From positions 60,001-92,000 of the forward strand of contig NZ_CP047960.1 in the NCBI RefSeq assembly GCF_014280195.1: a DNA stretch of 32,000 bases. The letters run 5' to 3'. Below, piece after piece: positions 1 through 8,546 of this stretch; within the stretch, counting starts at the first letter, position 1, and every line of letters begins with the position of its first letter. Source of the DNA: Synechococcus sp. A15-24. GTDB lineage: Bacteria > Cyanobacteriota > Cyanobacteriia > PCC-6307 > Cyanobiaceae. Made by a program: the position numbers and the translations under genes. A model generated the notes under the pieces. The model saw only the letters and a program-made list of their open reading frames with translations, had not been told where the DNA came from and did no database searches.

Positions 1-1
1 C

Positions 2-367
2 ACGGCCCTGCGAGTGGCCTGCGGTTCGAAGCTGGCGATTTATAGCGGTGATGACGGCCTCACCCTGCCGATGATGTCCGTTGGAGCCGTGGGTGTGGTG
101 AGTGTGGCCAGTCATGTGGTCGGCCCCCAGATCCGCGCCATGATTGATGCCTATCTGCAGGGCGACACAGCCGTTGCCCTTGCCCTCCACGAACAGCTGC
201 AGCCCTTGTTAAGGGCTCTGTTCGCCACCACCAATCCGATTCCGGTCAAAGCCGCGCTTCAACTCAACGGCTGGTCCGTCGGCGATCCACGACCACCCCT
301 ATCCCCCTTATCTGACGACATGAGATCAACCCTTGCCCAAACCATGGCTGCCCTTCGTCAGACCTGA
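2..367 (+). CDS. dapA: 4-hydroxy-tetrahydrodipicolinate synthase, C-terminal part (5' end lies outside the window)
   Basis: The frame is open from the window edge to TGA at 365-367. The translation [39 protein letters not shown]...[18 protein letters not shown] matches the conserved C-terminal half of DapA. Codon usage is GC-rich. Confidence 0.85.
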   Translation, partial: TALRVACGSKLAIYSGDDGLTLPMMSVGAVGVVSVASHVVGPQIRAMIDAYLQGDTAVALALHEQLQPLLRALFATTNPIPVKAALQLNGWSVGDPRPPLSPLSDDMRSTLAQTMAALRQT

Positions 368-417
368 CGGTCCGGCTTAACGGCTCACGCAAACAGTTTT
401 TTCAACGGTTTTCTTTC

Positions 418-2442
418 ATGGCTAACAACGCACGATCCGGGAAGGGGCAGGAGCCCTGCTTACGGGTGATTCCCCTGGGGGGACTGCATGAAATCGGCAA
501 GAACACCTGCGTGTTCGAGTACGGCGATGATCTGATGCTGGTGGATGCCGGCCTGGCCTTCCCCAGCGATGGGATGCACGGCGTGAACGTGGTGCTGCCG
601 GACACCAGCTTTCTGCGGGAGAACCAGAAGCGCATCCGCGGCATGATCGTCACCCATGGTCATGAAGACCACATCGGTGGCATCTCACACCACCTCAAGC
701 ACTTCAACATCCCGGTGATCTATGGGCCCCGTCTGGCCCTGTCGATGCTCACCGGAAAGATGGAGGAGGCCGGCGTCTCCGACCGCACCACGCTGCAGAC
801 CGTCAGTCCCCGCGACGTGGTGAAGGTGGGCCAGCACTTCACGGTGGAATTCATCCGCAACACCCACTCGATGGCGGACAGCTACTCGCTGGCCATCAAG
901 ACCCCGGTGGGAACCATCATCTTCACGGGCGATTTCAAGTTCGATCACACCCCGGTCGATGGCGAGCATTTCGACATGGCCCGCCTCGCCCATCACGGGG
1001 AAGAGGGCGTGTTGTGCCTGTTCAGCGATTCCACCAACGCGGAAGTGCCGGGCTTCTGTCCCCCTGAGCGGTCGGTGTTCCCCAATCTCGATCGCCACAT
1101 GGCCGCTGCCGAAGGCCGGGTGATCATCACCACCTTCGCCAGCTCGATCCACCGGGTGTCGATGATCCTGGAGTTGGCCCTGAAGAACGGCCGCAAGGTG
1201 GGTCTGCTGGGTCGCTCGATGCTCAACGTGATCGCCAAGGCCCGCGAGCTGGGCTACATGCGCGCGCCGGATGAACTGTTCGTGCCGATCAAGCAGATCA
1301 ACGATGTTCCCGATCGCGAAACGCTGCTGCTGATGACCGGTAGCCAGGGTGAGCCCTTGGCAGCTCTCAGCCGGATCTCCCGCGGGGAGCATCCTCAGGT
1401 TCGGGTGAAGACCACGGACACGATCATCTTTTCGGCCAGCCCGATCCCTGGTAACACCATCTCGGTGGTGAACACGATCGACAAGCTGATGATGCTTGGT
1501 GCCAAGGTCGTCTACGGCAAGGGCGAGGGCATTCACGTGTCCGGCCATGGCTTCCAGGAAGACCAGAAGCTGATGCTCGCCCTCACCAAGCCCAAGTTCT
1601 TCGTGCCCGTGCACGGTGAGCACCGGATGCTGGTGCAACACTCCAAGACCGGTCACGCCATGGGGGTGCCGGAGAACAACACCCTGATCATTGATAACGG
1701 TGATGTGGTGGAGCTGACCGCGGATTCGATCCGCAAGGGTGATCCGGTGAAGGCTGGTATTGAGCTGCTGGATCAATCCCGTAACGGCATCGTGGACGCC
1801 CGTGTGCTCAAGGAGCGTCAGCAACTGGCCGAAGACGGCGTGGTGACGATCCTGGCGGCCATCAGCACCGATGGCGCGATGGCGGCGCCGCCGCGGGTGA
1901 ACCTGCGGGGGGTGGTGACCACCGCCGATGCCCGCAAGATGTCTCTCTGGACTGAGCGAGAGATCACCTGGGTGTTGGAGAACAAGTGGAAGCAGCTTTG
2001 CCGGAATACCGGTGGCAAGGCACCGGAGGTGGATTGGATGGGTGTACAGCGTGAGGTGGAGGTGGGCCTCGGCCGTCGCATGCGTCGCGAGTTGCAGGTG
2101 GAGCCGCTGATCCTCTGCCTGGTGCAGCCCGCTCCTGGTGGCACACCGGTGTACAAGGGTCGTGTCGATGCGGAACCCGATGACCGTCCGGCGCCTCGCG
2201 GTCGCCGTGGTGGTGGCGGACCCGCTCGTCGCAATGGCCATGGCGGTGGCCAGGGCCGCAACACCCCTGCACCCGTCCGGGCCAATGCGGCTCCGGCTGC
2301 CGCAACGGCTGTGGTGGACAAGCCCGTTGTTCAAAGAACTGTTGCTGCTCCTGCTGTCAGCCAGCCAGTGGCATCAAAGCCTGAACCTGAACCGGAGATG
2401 CCGGCTGGCCGCACCCGCCGCCGCCGTTCAGCGGCTGCCTGA
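418..2442 (+). CDS. rnj: Ribonuclease J (metallo-beta-lactamase/beta-CASP RNase) with a long low-complexity C-terminal tail
   Basis: ATG at 418. The N-terminus LRVIPLGGLHEIGKNTCVFEY and the HxHxDH-type motif THGHEDHIGG are RNase J hallmarks. The dapA-rnj adjacency is as I recall it from picocyanobacteria. The ORF is 674 aa and ends ...GRTRRRRSAAA. Confidence 0.9.
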   Translation: MANNARSGKGQEPCLRVIPLGGLHEIGKNTCVFEYGDDLMLVDAGLAFPSDGMHGVNVVLPDTSFLRENQKRIRGMIVTHGHEDHIGGISHHLKHFNIPVIYGPRLALSMLTGKMEEAGVSDRTTLQTVSPRDVVKVGQHFTVEFIRNTHSMADSYSLAIKTPVGTIIFTGDFKFDHTPVDGEHFDMARLAHHGEEGVLCLFSDSTNAEVPGFCPPERSVFPNLDRHMAAAEGRVIITTFASSIHRVSMILELALKNGRKVGLLGRSMLNVIAKARELGYMRAPDELFVPIKQINDVPDRETLLLMTGSQGEPLAALSRISRGEHPQVRVKTTDTIIFSASPIPGNTISVVNTIDKLMMLGAKVVYGKGEGIHVSGHGFQEDQKLMLALTKPKFFVPVHGEHRMLVQHSKTGHAMGVPENNTLIIDNGDVVELTADSIRKGDPVKAGIELLDQSRNGIVDARVLKERQQLAEDGVVTILAAISTDGAMAAPPRVNLRGVVTTADARKMSLWTEREITWVLENKWKQLCRNTGGKAPEVDWMGVQREVEVGLGRRMRRELQVEPLILCLVQPAPGGTPVYKGRVDAEPDDRPAPRGRRGGGGPARRNGHGGGQGRNTPAPVRANAAPAAATAVVDKPVVQRTVAAPAVSQPVASKPEPEPEMPAGRTRRRRSAAA

Positions 2443-3200
2443 TCAGCGGCGCCTGACCAGGGCCCGCAGCTGCTGGATCCATGACGAACGGGGAGGTTTT
2501 TGTTGGACCTCCCCGTCAGTGGTGTCAGGAAGCTCGATTTTGACTCGCAGAAGACTGCCGGCCAGAACCTTCAGAGGATCCTCCTCAACAATCTTTGGTG
2601 GTGGAGTCGGCTCTGGAGTGACTTCCGGCACCAGCTCCACGTTGAGGATCGGAATCTCTGTTGGTTCGGGAGTGGGTTGAGGGGTCGGCTCTGGACGAGG
2701 CGTGGGTTCGGGAGTTGTCGACTCCAGCCAGGGCATGGCTGTTGCTTTGGAACTGTCAGTTGCCTTAGTGATCAAGGAGTTTGGAGCGCCTGAAGCGACG
2801 GGTTGATCCTTCAGAAACGGATCCCGCAGCATCTCCGGCAGTTGCTCTTCCGCTTCAACAGGAGATTCTTTCGGCTGGTTGGTTGCCGGGCTGATTGGTC
2901 GACAGCGTTCCAGCCCTTGCTGCGCCAGTTCCGCCAGGGTGTCTTGGGGTTGGTTGGCCAGCACCTGCTCGTAGTACCCAACCGCTTGGCTGGGTTTTCG
3001 CGGCCATATAGCTCGATGTGGCCGAGCAACAGCGCCACAAAGGCGCGCCACCCGAGCACCGCAGCCTGAGCCTCCGGATCCTGTGGTTGGTCCACCAGTT
3101 GCTCCAGCAGCCCACTGGCCAGGCGATGGGCCTCGGCGTAGTCGCCTTCGCTGTAGGCACGTTCGGCGTCCTGGTAGTGCTGCTGGAAATCGCCGTCCAC
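2443..3200 (-). pseudogene. TPR-like / proline-rich protein gene split by an apparent 1-nt frameshift (true pseudogene or assembly indel)
   Basis: Two overlapping minus-strand ORFs (2811..3329 and 2443..3051) each carry half of one coherent protein. The upstream frame reads ...AERAYSEGDYAEAHRLASGLLEQL...WRAFVALLLGHIELYG. The other frame continues PSQAVGYYEQVLANQPQDTLAELAQQGLERC, which is TPR-like. The frames switch near the run gggtttt at 2992-2998. GTG at 3200 is the only canonical start downstream of the lysC stop. Confidence 0.5.
2593..2718 (-). repeat. Degenerate tandem (T/E)-P-(E/T)-P codon repeats inside the TPR/Pro-rich gene
   Basis: The translation reads TTPEPTPRPEPTPQPTPEPTE...VPEVTPEPTPPPK. 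It looks like a low-complexity proline-rich linker. Confidence 0.55.
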
Positions 3201-3234
3201 GTGCGGGGAGCCGTTGCTCCAGTTGTATCGCCTC

Positions 3235-5037
3235 TCAGCTGTCGAGGGGTGAGGCGCTGCCCTGAGCGGTGTGCTGCTCCTTCCCCCCCAACCCGAAGCC
3301 GGCGTGAACAGCCTGCAGGGCTGCCACACCGTCCTGCTCCGCTACCACGCAGCTGGTGCGGATCTCGCTGGTGGCGATCAGGGCGATGTTGATGCCGGCA
3401 TCAGCCAGGGCACGGAACATCCGGCCTGCGGTCCCGGGGGTGGCGGGCATGCCAGCGCCGACTGCGCTCACCCGGGCGATCGATTCGCCCTCCTCCAACG
3501 CTGCACCGGGCCATTGCGCCAGCAGTGGTGCCAGGGCGACATCCGCGCGGCTGCGGTCCTCCTTGCGCAGGATGAAGCTGATATCCCGCGAGCCGTCGCC
3601 GTGTTGACGCTCCGATTGGACGATCGCATCGAGGCTGATGCCGCGTTCGGCCAGGGCGGAACAGAGGGCAGCGGCGGTGCCGGGGCGGTCCGGTACGTGG
3701 CGCACCGACAGCTGGGCCTGGTCGCGATCGAGGGCAACCCCGCGCACTTCCGGTTCGTCGCTGCTGCTGAGGTCTGGGTTGAGCTCCACCTGCGCATCGG
3801 CCACATCGAAGGCCTCCTGCACTGCCTGCAGCGCCTTGCGACCGGATTCGGCATCGATCACACAGCTCACCTTCACTTCGCTGGTGGCGATCAGGCGCAG
3901 GTTGATGCCCTGCTGCGAGAGGCAGTGGAACAGTCCAGCGGCGATGCCGGGGCGCCCCATGATTCCGGCGCCACTGATGCTCAGCTTGGTCATGCCCCCC
4001 TCAGCGGCCAGCTCGCCACCAAGGCTGTCCAGCACGGTCTGGCTGACGCGACGGGCGGCCTCCAGATCAGCTTCCGCCACGGTGAAGGTGATGTCGTTGC
4101 TGCTGCCCTCGTGGGTGGACTGGATGATCAGATCCACGTTGATGTCAGCGCCCGAGAGGGTTTCGAACAGGCGGGCGGCAATGCCCGGCTGATCCGGGAT
4201 GTGCGATAGCGCGATCACCGCTTGATGGTCCATTTGCTCAACGCCATCGACAGGGCTGCCCAGTTCGAGTCCGGCCTGGTTGAGCGGCCGGCCGCGGCGG
4301 CTGGTGAGGCGGGTGCCGGGGGCTTCGCTCCAGCTCGAGCGCACCACCATCAGCACGCCGTAATTGCGGGCGATCTCCACCGCCCGGGGATGCAGCACAG
4401 AAGCACCGAGGCTGGCCAGCTCGAGCATTTCATCGCAGCTGATCTCATCCATCAGCTGCGCATCGGCCACCTTGCGGGGATCGGTGCTGAGCACTCCCGG
4501 CACGTCGGTGTAGATCTCACAGGCATCGGCGTTCAACGCAGCCGCCAGGGCGACGGCGGAGGTGTCGGAGCCGCCGCGGCCCAGGGTGGTGATCTCAGCC
4601 ACACCGCCAACGCCACTGCTGGTGCCCTGGAAGCCGGCCACCACCACCACACGGCCATCAGCCAGATGGCCGCGAATTCGGTCGGTGCGGATCTCGAGGA
4701 TGCGAGCCCGGCCGTGGGTGGATTCGGTCACGATGCCCACTTGGGGCCCTGTCATCGAGACAGCGGCAACCCCTTGTTGGTTCAGGGCCATGGCCAGCAG
4801 GGCAATGGACACCTGTTCACCGCTGGCCAGCAGCATGTCCATCTCCCGTTGCGGCGGGCTGTTGGTGATGGCGGACGCCAGTCCGGTGAGTTCATCGGTG
4901 GTGTGGCCCATGGCCGACACCACCACCACCACGTCGTGGCCCTCCTCGCGGCTGCGGCTGATCCGCTCGGCCACCGCCTGGATGCGTTCGACACTGCCGA
5001 CGGAGGTGCCGCCGAACTTCTGCACCAGGAGGGCCAT
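3235..5037 (-). CDS. lysC: Aspartate kinase, cyanobacterial long form with duplicated ACT regulatory region
   Basis: MALLVQKFGGTSVGS...VVVVSAMGHTTDEL is the aspartokinase N-terminus. Two similar C-terminal regulatory halves (…ISGAGIMGRPGIAAGLF… and …VSAVGAGMPATPGTAGRMF…) match the tandem ACT-pair architecture of cyanobacterial LysC. I prefer ATG at 5037 over the GTG at 5070 used by the ORF track. Confidence 0.9.
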   Translation of the reverse strand: MALLVQKFGGTSVGSVERIQAVAERISRSREEGHDVVVVVSAMGHTTDELTGLASAITNSPPQREMDMLLASGEQVSIALLAMALNQQGVAAVSMTGPQVGIVTESTHGRARILEIRTDRIRGHLADGRVVVVAGFQGTSSGVGGVAEITTLGRGGSDTSAVALAAALNADACEIYTDVPGVLSTDPRKVADAQLMDEISCDEMLELASLGASVLHPRAVEIARNYGVLMVVRSSWSEAPGTRLTSRRGRPLNQAGLELGSPVDGVEQMDHQAVIALSHIPDQPGIAARLFETLSGADINVDLIIQSTHEGSSNDITFTVAEADLEAARRVSQTVLDSLGGELAAEGGMTKLSISGAGIMGRPGIAAGLFHCLSQQGINLRLIATSEVKVSCVIDAESGRKALQAVQEAFDVADAQVELNPDLSSSDEPEVRGVALDRDQAQLSVRHVPDRPGTAAALCSALAERGISLDAIVQSERQHGDGSRDISFILRKEDRSRADVALAPLLAQWPGAALEEGESIARVSAVGAGMPATPGTAGRMFRALADAGINIALIATSEIRTSCVVAEQDGVAALQAVHAGFGLGGKEQHTAQGSASPLDS

Positions 5038-5084
5038 GGGCCGGGTTTCAGCAACGCTGGATTTTCTCACCCGGAGGCCTGGCG

Positions 5085-6050
5085 TCAGCCCAGCAGGCCA
5101 TCACGGAAGGCATCACCGGGCTGGGCACCCCGCTTCAGCCGGGCTTCCACCTCCAGCAGCCGCCCCAGCAGGGAGAGGAAGCGCTGGGGTGGTCGGCCCT
5201 GCAGCTGCTTGCGCATCACATAAATCCGTTTCGGGTTGCCGATGCCGGCGGCCTTGGCGATCACCGCCACATCCCGTTCGCCTTGCTGCTCCATCAAGCT
5301 CACCCAGAGCCAGCCGCGGATCTGCCCGCTGAGGGTGGCCACGATGCGCAGGGCCGGTTCACCGGCTTCGATCAGGGCATCCCAGCGGGCGATGGCGTCA
5401 CCGGGGTTGCCTTCCAGCAGGGCATCGCCCACCTGCAGGGCATTGGTCGCCAACCCTCCAACCAGCTCGGCCACCAGCTCGGCACTGATGGTTGTGGACC
5501 GCAGGGAGAGCTTGCGCAGTTCCGATTCCAGCCGGGCGCTGTCCGTGCCGATGGCGTCCACCAGGGCATCGATGGCGTCCGGTTCCAGGCGCAGGCCAAG
5601 GGCTTCGGCGGTGCGCTGCACCAGCTGTCGCTGACCGGCCCCATCCCACACGGCCGGCAAGGGGAAGCTCTTTTCCTGGTCTAGGCCGGCTTTGATGCGC
5701 TTCTGCAGGGCCTTGGTGGTGCGCAGGCGACCGTCGGGCTTGGAGGGATTGACCAGCACCAGATGGCTGCTGTCGGGGATCAGCGTCAGTGCGGCTTCGA
5801 AGCGATCCGCCAGCTCGGTGGGACAGCCATTGCAGAAAGGACTGCGTTGCAGCAGCACCAGGCGTTCACCGGCCGCGAAGGGCGGCGTTCGGGCCTCATC
5901 GAGGGCCTGGACGGCCTGACCGGCTTCAGCGCCATCGAGGCGGCTGAGGTTGAGGCTGGCCCAGCTGGGATCCACCACCGTCTCGATCAGGCCGTTGATG
6001 GCCCGATCCCGCGCGGCGGCGTCATCACCCCAGATCAGATGGATCGGCAT
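5085..6050 (-). CDS. holA: DNA polymerase III subunit delta
   Basis: MPIHLIWGDDAAARDRAINGLIE... is a HolA-like N-terminus. The product is about 321 aa from ATG 6050 and lies upstream of lysC on the same strand. The part of the ORF upstream of 6050 overlaps cobH and is probably not translated. Confidence 0.7.
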   Translation of the reverse strand: MPIHLIWGDDAAARDRAINGLIETVVDPSWASLNLSRLDGAEAGQAVQALDEARTPPFAAGERLVLLQRSPFCNGCPTELADRFEAALTLIPDSSHLVLVNPSKPDGRLRTTKALQKRIKAGLDQEKSFPLPAVWDGAGQRQLVQRTAEALGLRLEPDAIDALVDAIGTDSARLESELRKLSLRSTTISAELVAELVGGLATNALQVGDALLEGNPGDAIARWDALIEAGEPALRIVATLSGQIRGWLWVSLMEQQGERDVAVIAKAAGIGNPKRIYVMRKQLQGRPPQRFLSLLGRLLEVEARLKRGAQPGDAFRDGLLG

Positions 6051-6056
6051 GGGTCG

Positions 6057-6686
6057 ATGATGGCGGCGATGGCCCAGGACCACCCGATCTTCACCGAAAG
6101 CATCCGGCGGATCCGTGAGGCCCTGGGTCCCACGGATCTGGAGCCGTTGCAACAGCAGGTGTTGGAGCGGTTAGTGCATAGCAGCGGCGATCTGGCCCTG
6201 GGGGACTTGCTGCGCTTCAGTACCGGCGCCTGTGACGCAGGCCTGACGGCCCTGCAGCAGGGAGCAGCGATCCTGACGGACACAGTCATGGCGGCAGCGG
6301 CGGTGGCGCCGATGGCCCAGCGCACATTGCAAACGACGGTGCGCACGGTGCTGGAGTGGGCCCCGAATCAGGCGCCGCTGGGGTCGACACGAACGGCAGC
6401 GGGGATGGAGCGGGCCTGGCAAGAGCTGTCAGCGGCTGGCCCTGCACCTCTGGTGTTGATCGGCAGTGCCCCCACGGCCCTGGAGGTGCTGCTGGAGCAG
6501 GTGGCGGCTGGAGCGCCAGCCCCCAGCCTGGTGATCGGCATGCCGGTGGGCTTTGTCGGGGTGGCCGAAAGCAAGCGCTATCTGGCTGAGAGCGGCTTGG
6601 ATCACATCCGTCTGGAGGGCAGCCGCGGTGGGGCGGGCCTGGTGGCTGCGGCGGTCAATGCCCTGTTGCGGGCGGCCGCAGGCTGA
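6057..6686 (+). CDS. cobH: Precorrin-8X methylmutase (CobH/CbiC)
   Basis: AQDHPIFTESIRRIREAL...VLIGSAPTALEVLL...VIGMPVGFVGVAESK are typical CobH/CbiC blocks. Candidate ATG starts are at 6057, 6060 and 6069. The 5763-6056 part of the ORF is antisense to holA. Confidence 0.8.
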   Translation: MMAAMAQDHPIFTESIRRIREALGPTDLEPLQQQVLERLVHSSGDLALGDLLRFSTGACDAGLTALQQGAAILTDTVMAAAAVAPMAQRTLQTTVRTVLEWAPNQAPLGSTRTAAGMERAWQELSAAGPAPLVLIGSAPTALEVLLEQVAAGAPAPSLVIGMPVGFVGVAESKRYLAESGLDHIRLEGSRGGAGLVAAAVNALLRAAAG

Positions 6687-7704
6687 GGTTGTCCCCCTGC
6701 CATTGCAGCCGCCAGCCTCCGGGGAGGTCGCAGCCGCCGCCGGCAGCGCCGAGGACCAGGTGTTCACTGAGCTGCTCCAGCAGAGCGGCGTTGAGGCCAG
6801 AAACCCCCTGCTCCACTAGCCACACCGCCAGCAGCTGACGGCGGGTGGAGGGTTGCAGTGCCCCCAGCCGGCGACGATCCAGGCCGGTGCTGGTGCGCAG
6901 CGGCTCGAGTGCCAGCTGGCTCAACTCCTGCTGAGTGTCCTGCAGCTGGGACGTTCGTTCCGCCAAGTTGGCCATCCGCTGGCTGCTGCCGGGGTGGAGC
7001 TGCTCCAGCACCGGCAGCACCTCAGCCCGGATCCGGTTGCGGGCAAAGGCCGCTGATTGGTTGCTGGGGTCCTGCCAGATCGGGATGGCCAGATCCCGGC
7101 ACACTGCGGCGGTATCGGCGCGGCTGAAGCCCAGCAAAGGGCGCCGCAGCTGCGCAGCGTCGGGGCTGTCGTTGCAGAGGGGCCGCACGGGCCGCAGGGC
7201 ACCGAGGCCGGCCAGGTCCGTGCCGCGGGCCAGTTGCAGCAGCAGGGTTTCCGCCCGGTCGCTGGCGGTGTGGCCTGTGACCACATCGGCACTCAGCTGT
7301 CCGGCCCGCTGCTGGAGTTGGCTGTAGCGCCACTGGCGGGCACTTGCTTCGCTGGTTGTGCTGTTCTGTGGTGCTTGGTCCACCTGAATCGGTAGGTCCC
7401 GCTGTTGGCACCAGCTCTTCAAGTCAGCCGCAATCGCGGCTGAACCCGGATGCCAGCCGTGGTCGCCATGCCAGATGTTCAGCGGCCAGTGGTGCAGCCG
7501 CTGCAGCTCCTGCAGCAGCACCAACAGGGCCATCGAGTCCTGGCCGCCGGATACCGCCAGCAGCAGCGGTTGCCCATCTGGCAGCAGCAGCGGATGTTGC
7601 TGCAGCCGCCGGTGCAGACGGTCGTGCCAGGGGCTCCAGGCCAAAGCGAGTGGGCGTTGTTCCCCCACGGTGTGAGAATCAGGGGATCGCTGTCCAGTCC
7701 CCAT
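6655..7704 (-). CDS. tilS: tRNA(Ile)-lysidine synthase
   Basis: PP-loop ATPase motif LLLAVSGGQDSMALLVLL. The product is about 349 aa from ATG 7704. The ORF upstream of 7704 is antisense to the next gene. Confidence 0.8.
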   Translation of the reverse strand: MGTGQRSPDSHTVGEQRPLALAWSPWHDRLHRRLQQHPLLLPDGQPLLLAVSGGQDSMALLVLLQELQRLHHWPLNIWHGDHGWHPGSAAIAADLKSWCQQRDLPIQVDQAPQNSTTSEASARQWRYSQLQQRAGQLSADVVTGHTASDRAETLLLQLARGTDLAGLGALRPVRPLCNDSPDAAQLRRPLLGFSRADTAAVCRDLAIPIWQDPSNQSAAFARNRIRAEVLPVLEQLHPGSSQRMANLAERTSQLQDTQQELSQLALEPLRTSTGLDRRRLGALQPSTRRQLLAVWLVEQGVSGLNAALLEQLSEHLVLGAAGGGCDLPGGWRLQWQGDNLSLRPPATGH

Positions 7705-8461
7705 GTCCCGTCTCCAGCAGCTGCCCGTCGCTCTGCAGCGCAGCCTCGAGCAGCGGTCCACCCTCAAGGTGATCGCCGGCCTGATGAATTTCGACGCCGC
7801 CAGCGTCGCCCGGGTGGCCCGTGCTGCGGGGCATGGCGGGGCGGATTTGATTGATGTGGCCTGCGACGCCGAACTGGTGAGCCTGGCGATCGAAGCCTCC
7901 GGTGGTGTGCCGGTGTGCGTGTCCTCGGTGGAGCCGGAACAGTTCCCTGCTGCCGTGGCCGCCGGTGCCGTGATGGTCGAGATCGGCAATTTCGATGCCT
8001 TCTATCCCCAGGGCAGGATCTTCGGTGCCGCGGAGGTGCTCGAGCTCACCAGTCGCACCCGCGAGCTGCTGCCGGAGGTGGTGCTGAGTGTCACCGTGCC
8101 CCACGTGTTGCCGATGGATCAGCAGGAACAGCTGGCGATCGATCTAGTGGCCGCCGGTGCCGACCTGATCCAGACCGAAGGTGGCACCAGCGCCAAGCCC
8201 TTCAGTGCCGGCAGCCTCGGCCTGATCGAGAAGGCGGCCCCCACCTTGGCGGCGGCCCACAGCATCAGCCGTGTGTCGGAGGCTCCGGTGCTCTGCGCCT
8301 CCGGTCTGTCGGCGGTCACCGTGCCGATGGCGATCGCCGCCGGTGCCGCTGGCGTTGGTGTGGGATCAGCCGTGAACCGCCTGAACGATGAGCTGGCCAT
8401 GGTGGCGGTGGTGCGCGGTCTGCGGGATGCCCTCAGCAGCGCTGTAACGGCCCGCGTCTGA
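7703..8461 (+). CDS. ycf23: Ycf23-like DUF561 protein (TIM-barrel-like, conserved in cyanobacteria and plastids)
   Basis: ATG at 7703, 252 aa. LKVIAGLMNFDAASV...GADLIDVA...GADLIQTEGGTS matches the pattern I recall for Ycf23/DUF561. The family assignment is from memory only. Confidence 0.55.
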   Translation: MSRLQQLPVALQRSLEQRSTLKVIAGLMNFDAASVARVARAAGHGGADLIDVACDAELVSLAIEASGGVPVCVSSVEPEQFPAAVAAGAVMVEIGNFDAFYPQGRIFGAAEVLELTSRTRELLPEVVLSVTVPHVLPMDQQEQLAIDLVAAGADLIQTEGGTSAKPFSAGSLGLIEKAAPTLAAAHSISRVSEAPVLCASGLSAVTVPMAIAAGAAGVGVGSAVNRLNDELAMVAVVRGLRDALSSAVTARV

Positions 8462-8546
8462 AACACCTTCATGGTGTGAAGAGTGCTGGCATCCCTCTCG
8501 GAGGCCACCGCTTTCGTGTGAAAATCTTGTCCTGCCTTTAAGACCC

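Noticed and set aside
685-2334. 549-aa minus-strand ORF antisense to rnj. Similar long antisense or out-of-frame ORFs lie in GC-rich genes: 1818..2321, 3271..4209, 4222..5223, 4562..5332, 10654..12111, 12238..12708 and 16623..17411.
   Set aside because: These are shadow ORFs, as expected in GC-rich coding DNA. Their translations are Arg/Gly/His/Pro-rich low-complexity strings with no motifs, and each lies entirely inside a confidently identified gene on the other strand or frame.
7705-7989. N-terminal extensions of ORF-track models: tilS to 7989, holA to 6152, cobH from 5763, uvrB from 16188, the GT-like gene to 16255 and lysC to 5070.
   Set aside because: The extensions overlap neighbouring genes and lack family similarity. 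Canonical N-termini begin at internal ATGs (7704, 6050, 6057-6069, 16254, 16201 and 5037).
8461-8530. Possible Yfr1-like sRNA on the minus strand between the ycf23-like gene and psbZ. ACTCTTCACAC (reverse complement of 8474-8484) differs at one position from the ACUCCUCACAC motif I recall for Yfr1, and small hairpins flank it.
   Set aside because: There is one mismatch in the core motif. Part of the motif would be buried in a weak 5-bp stem, and there is no convincing U-tailed terminator. The locus also differs from where I recall Yfr1 lying. It is most likely a chance match and would need a covariance-model search to revive.
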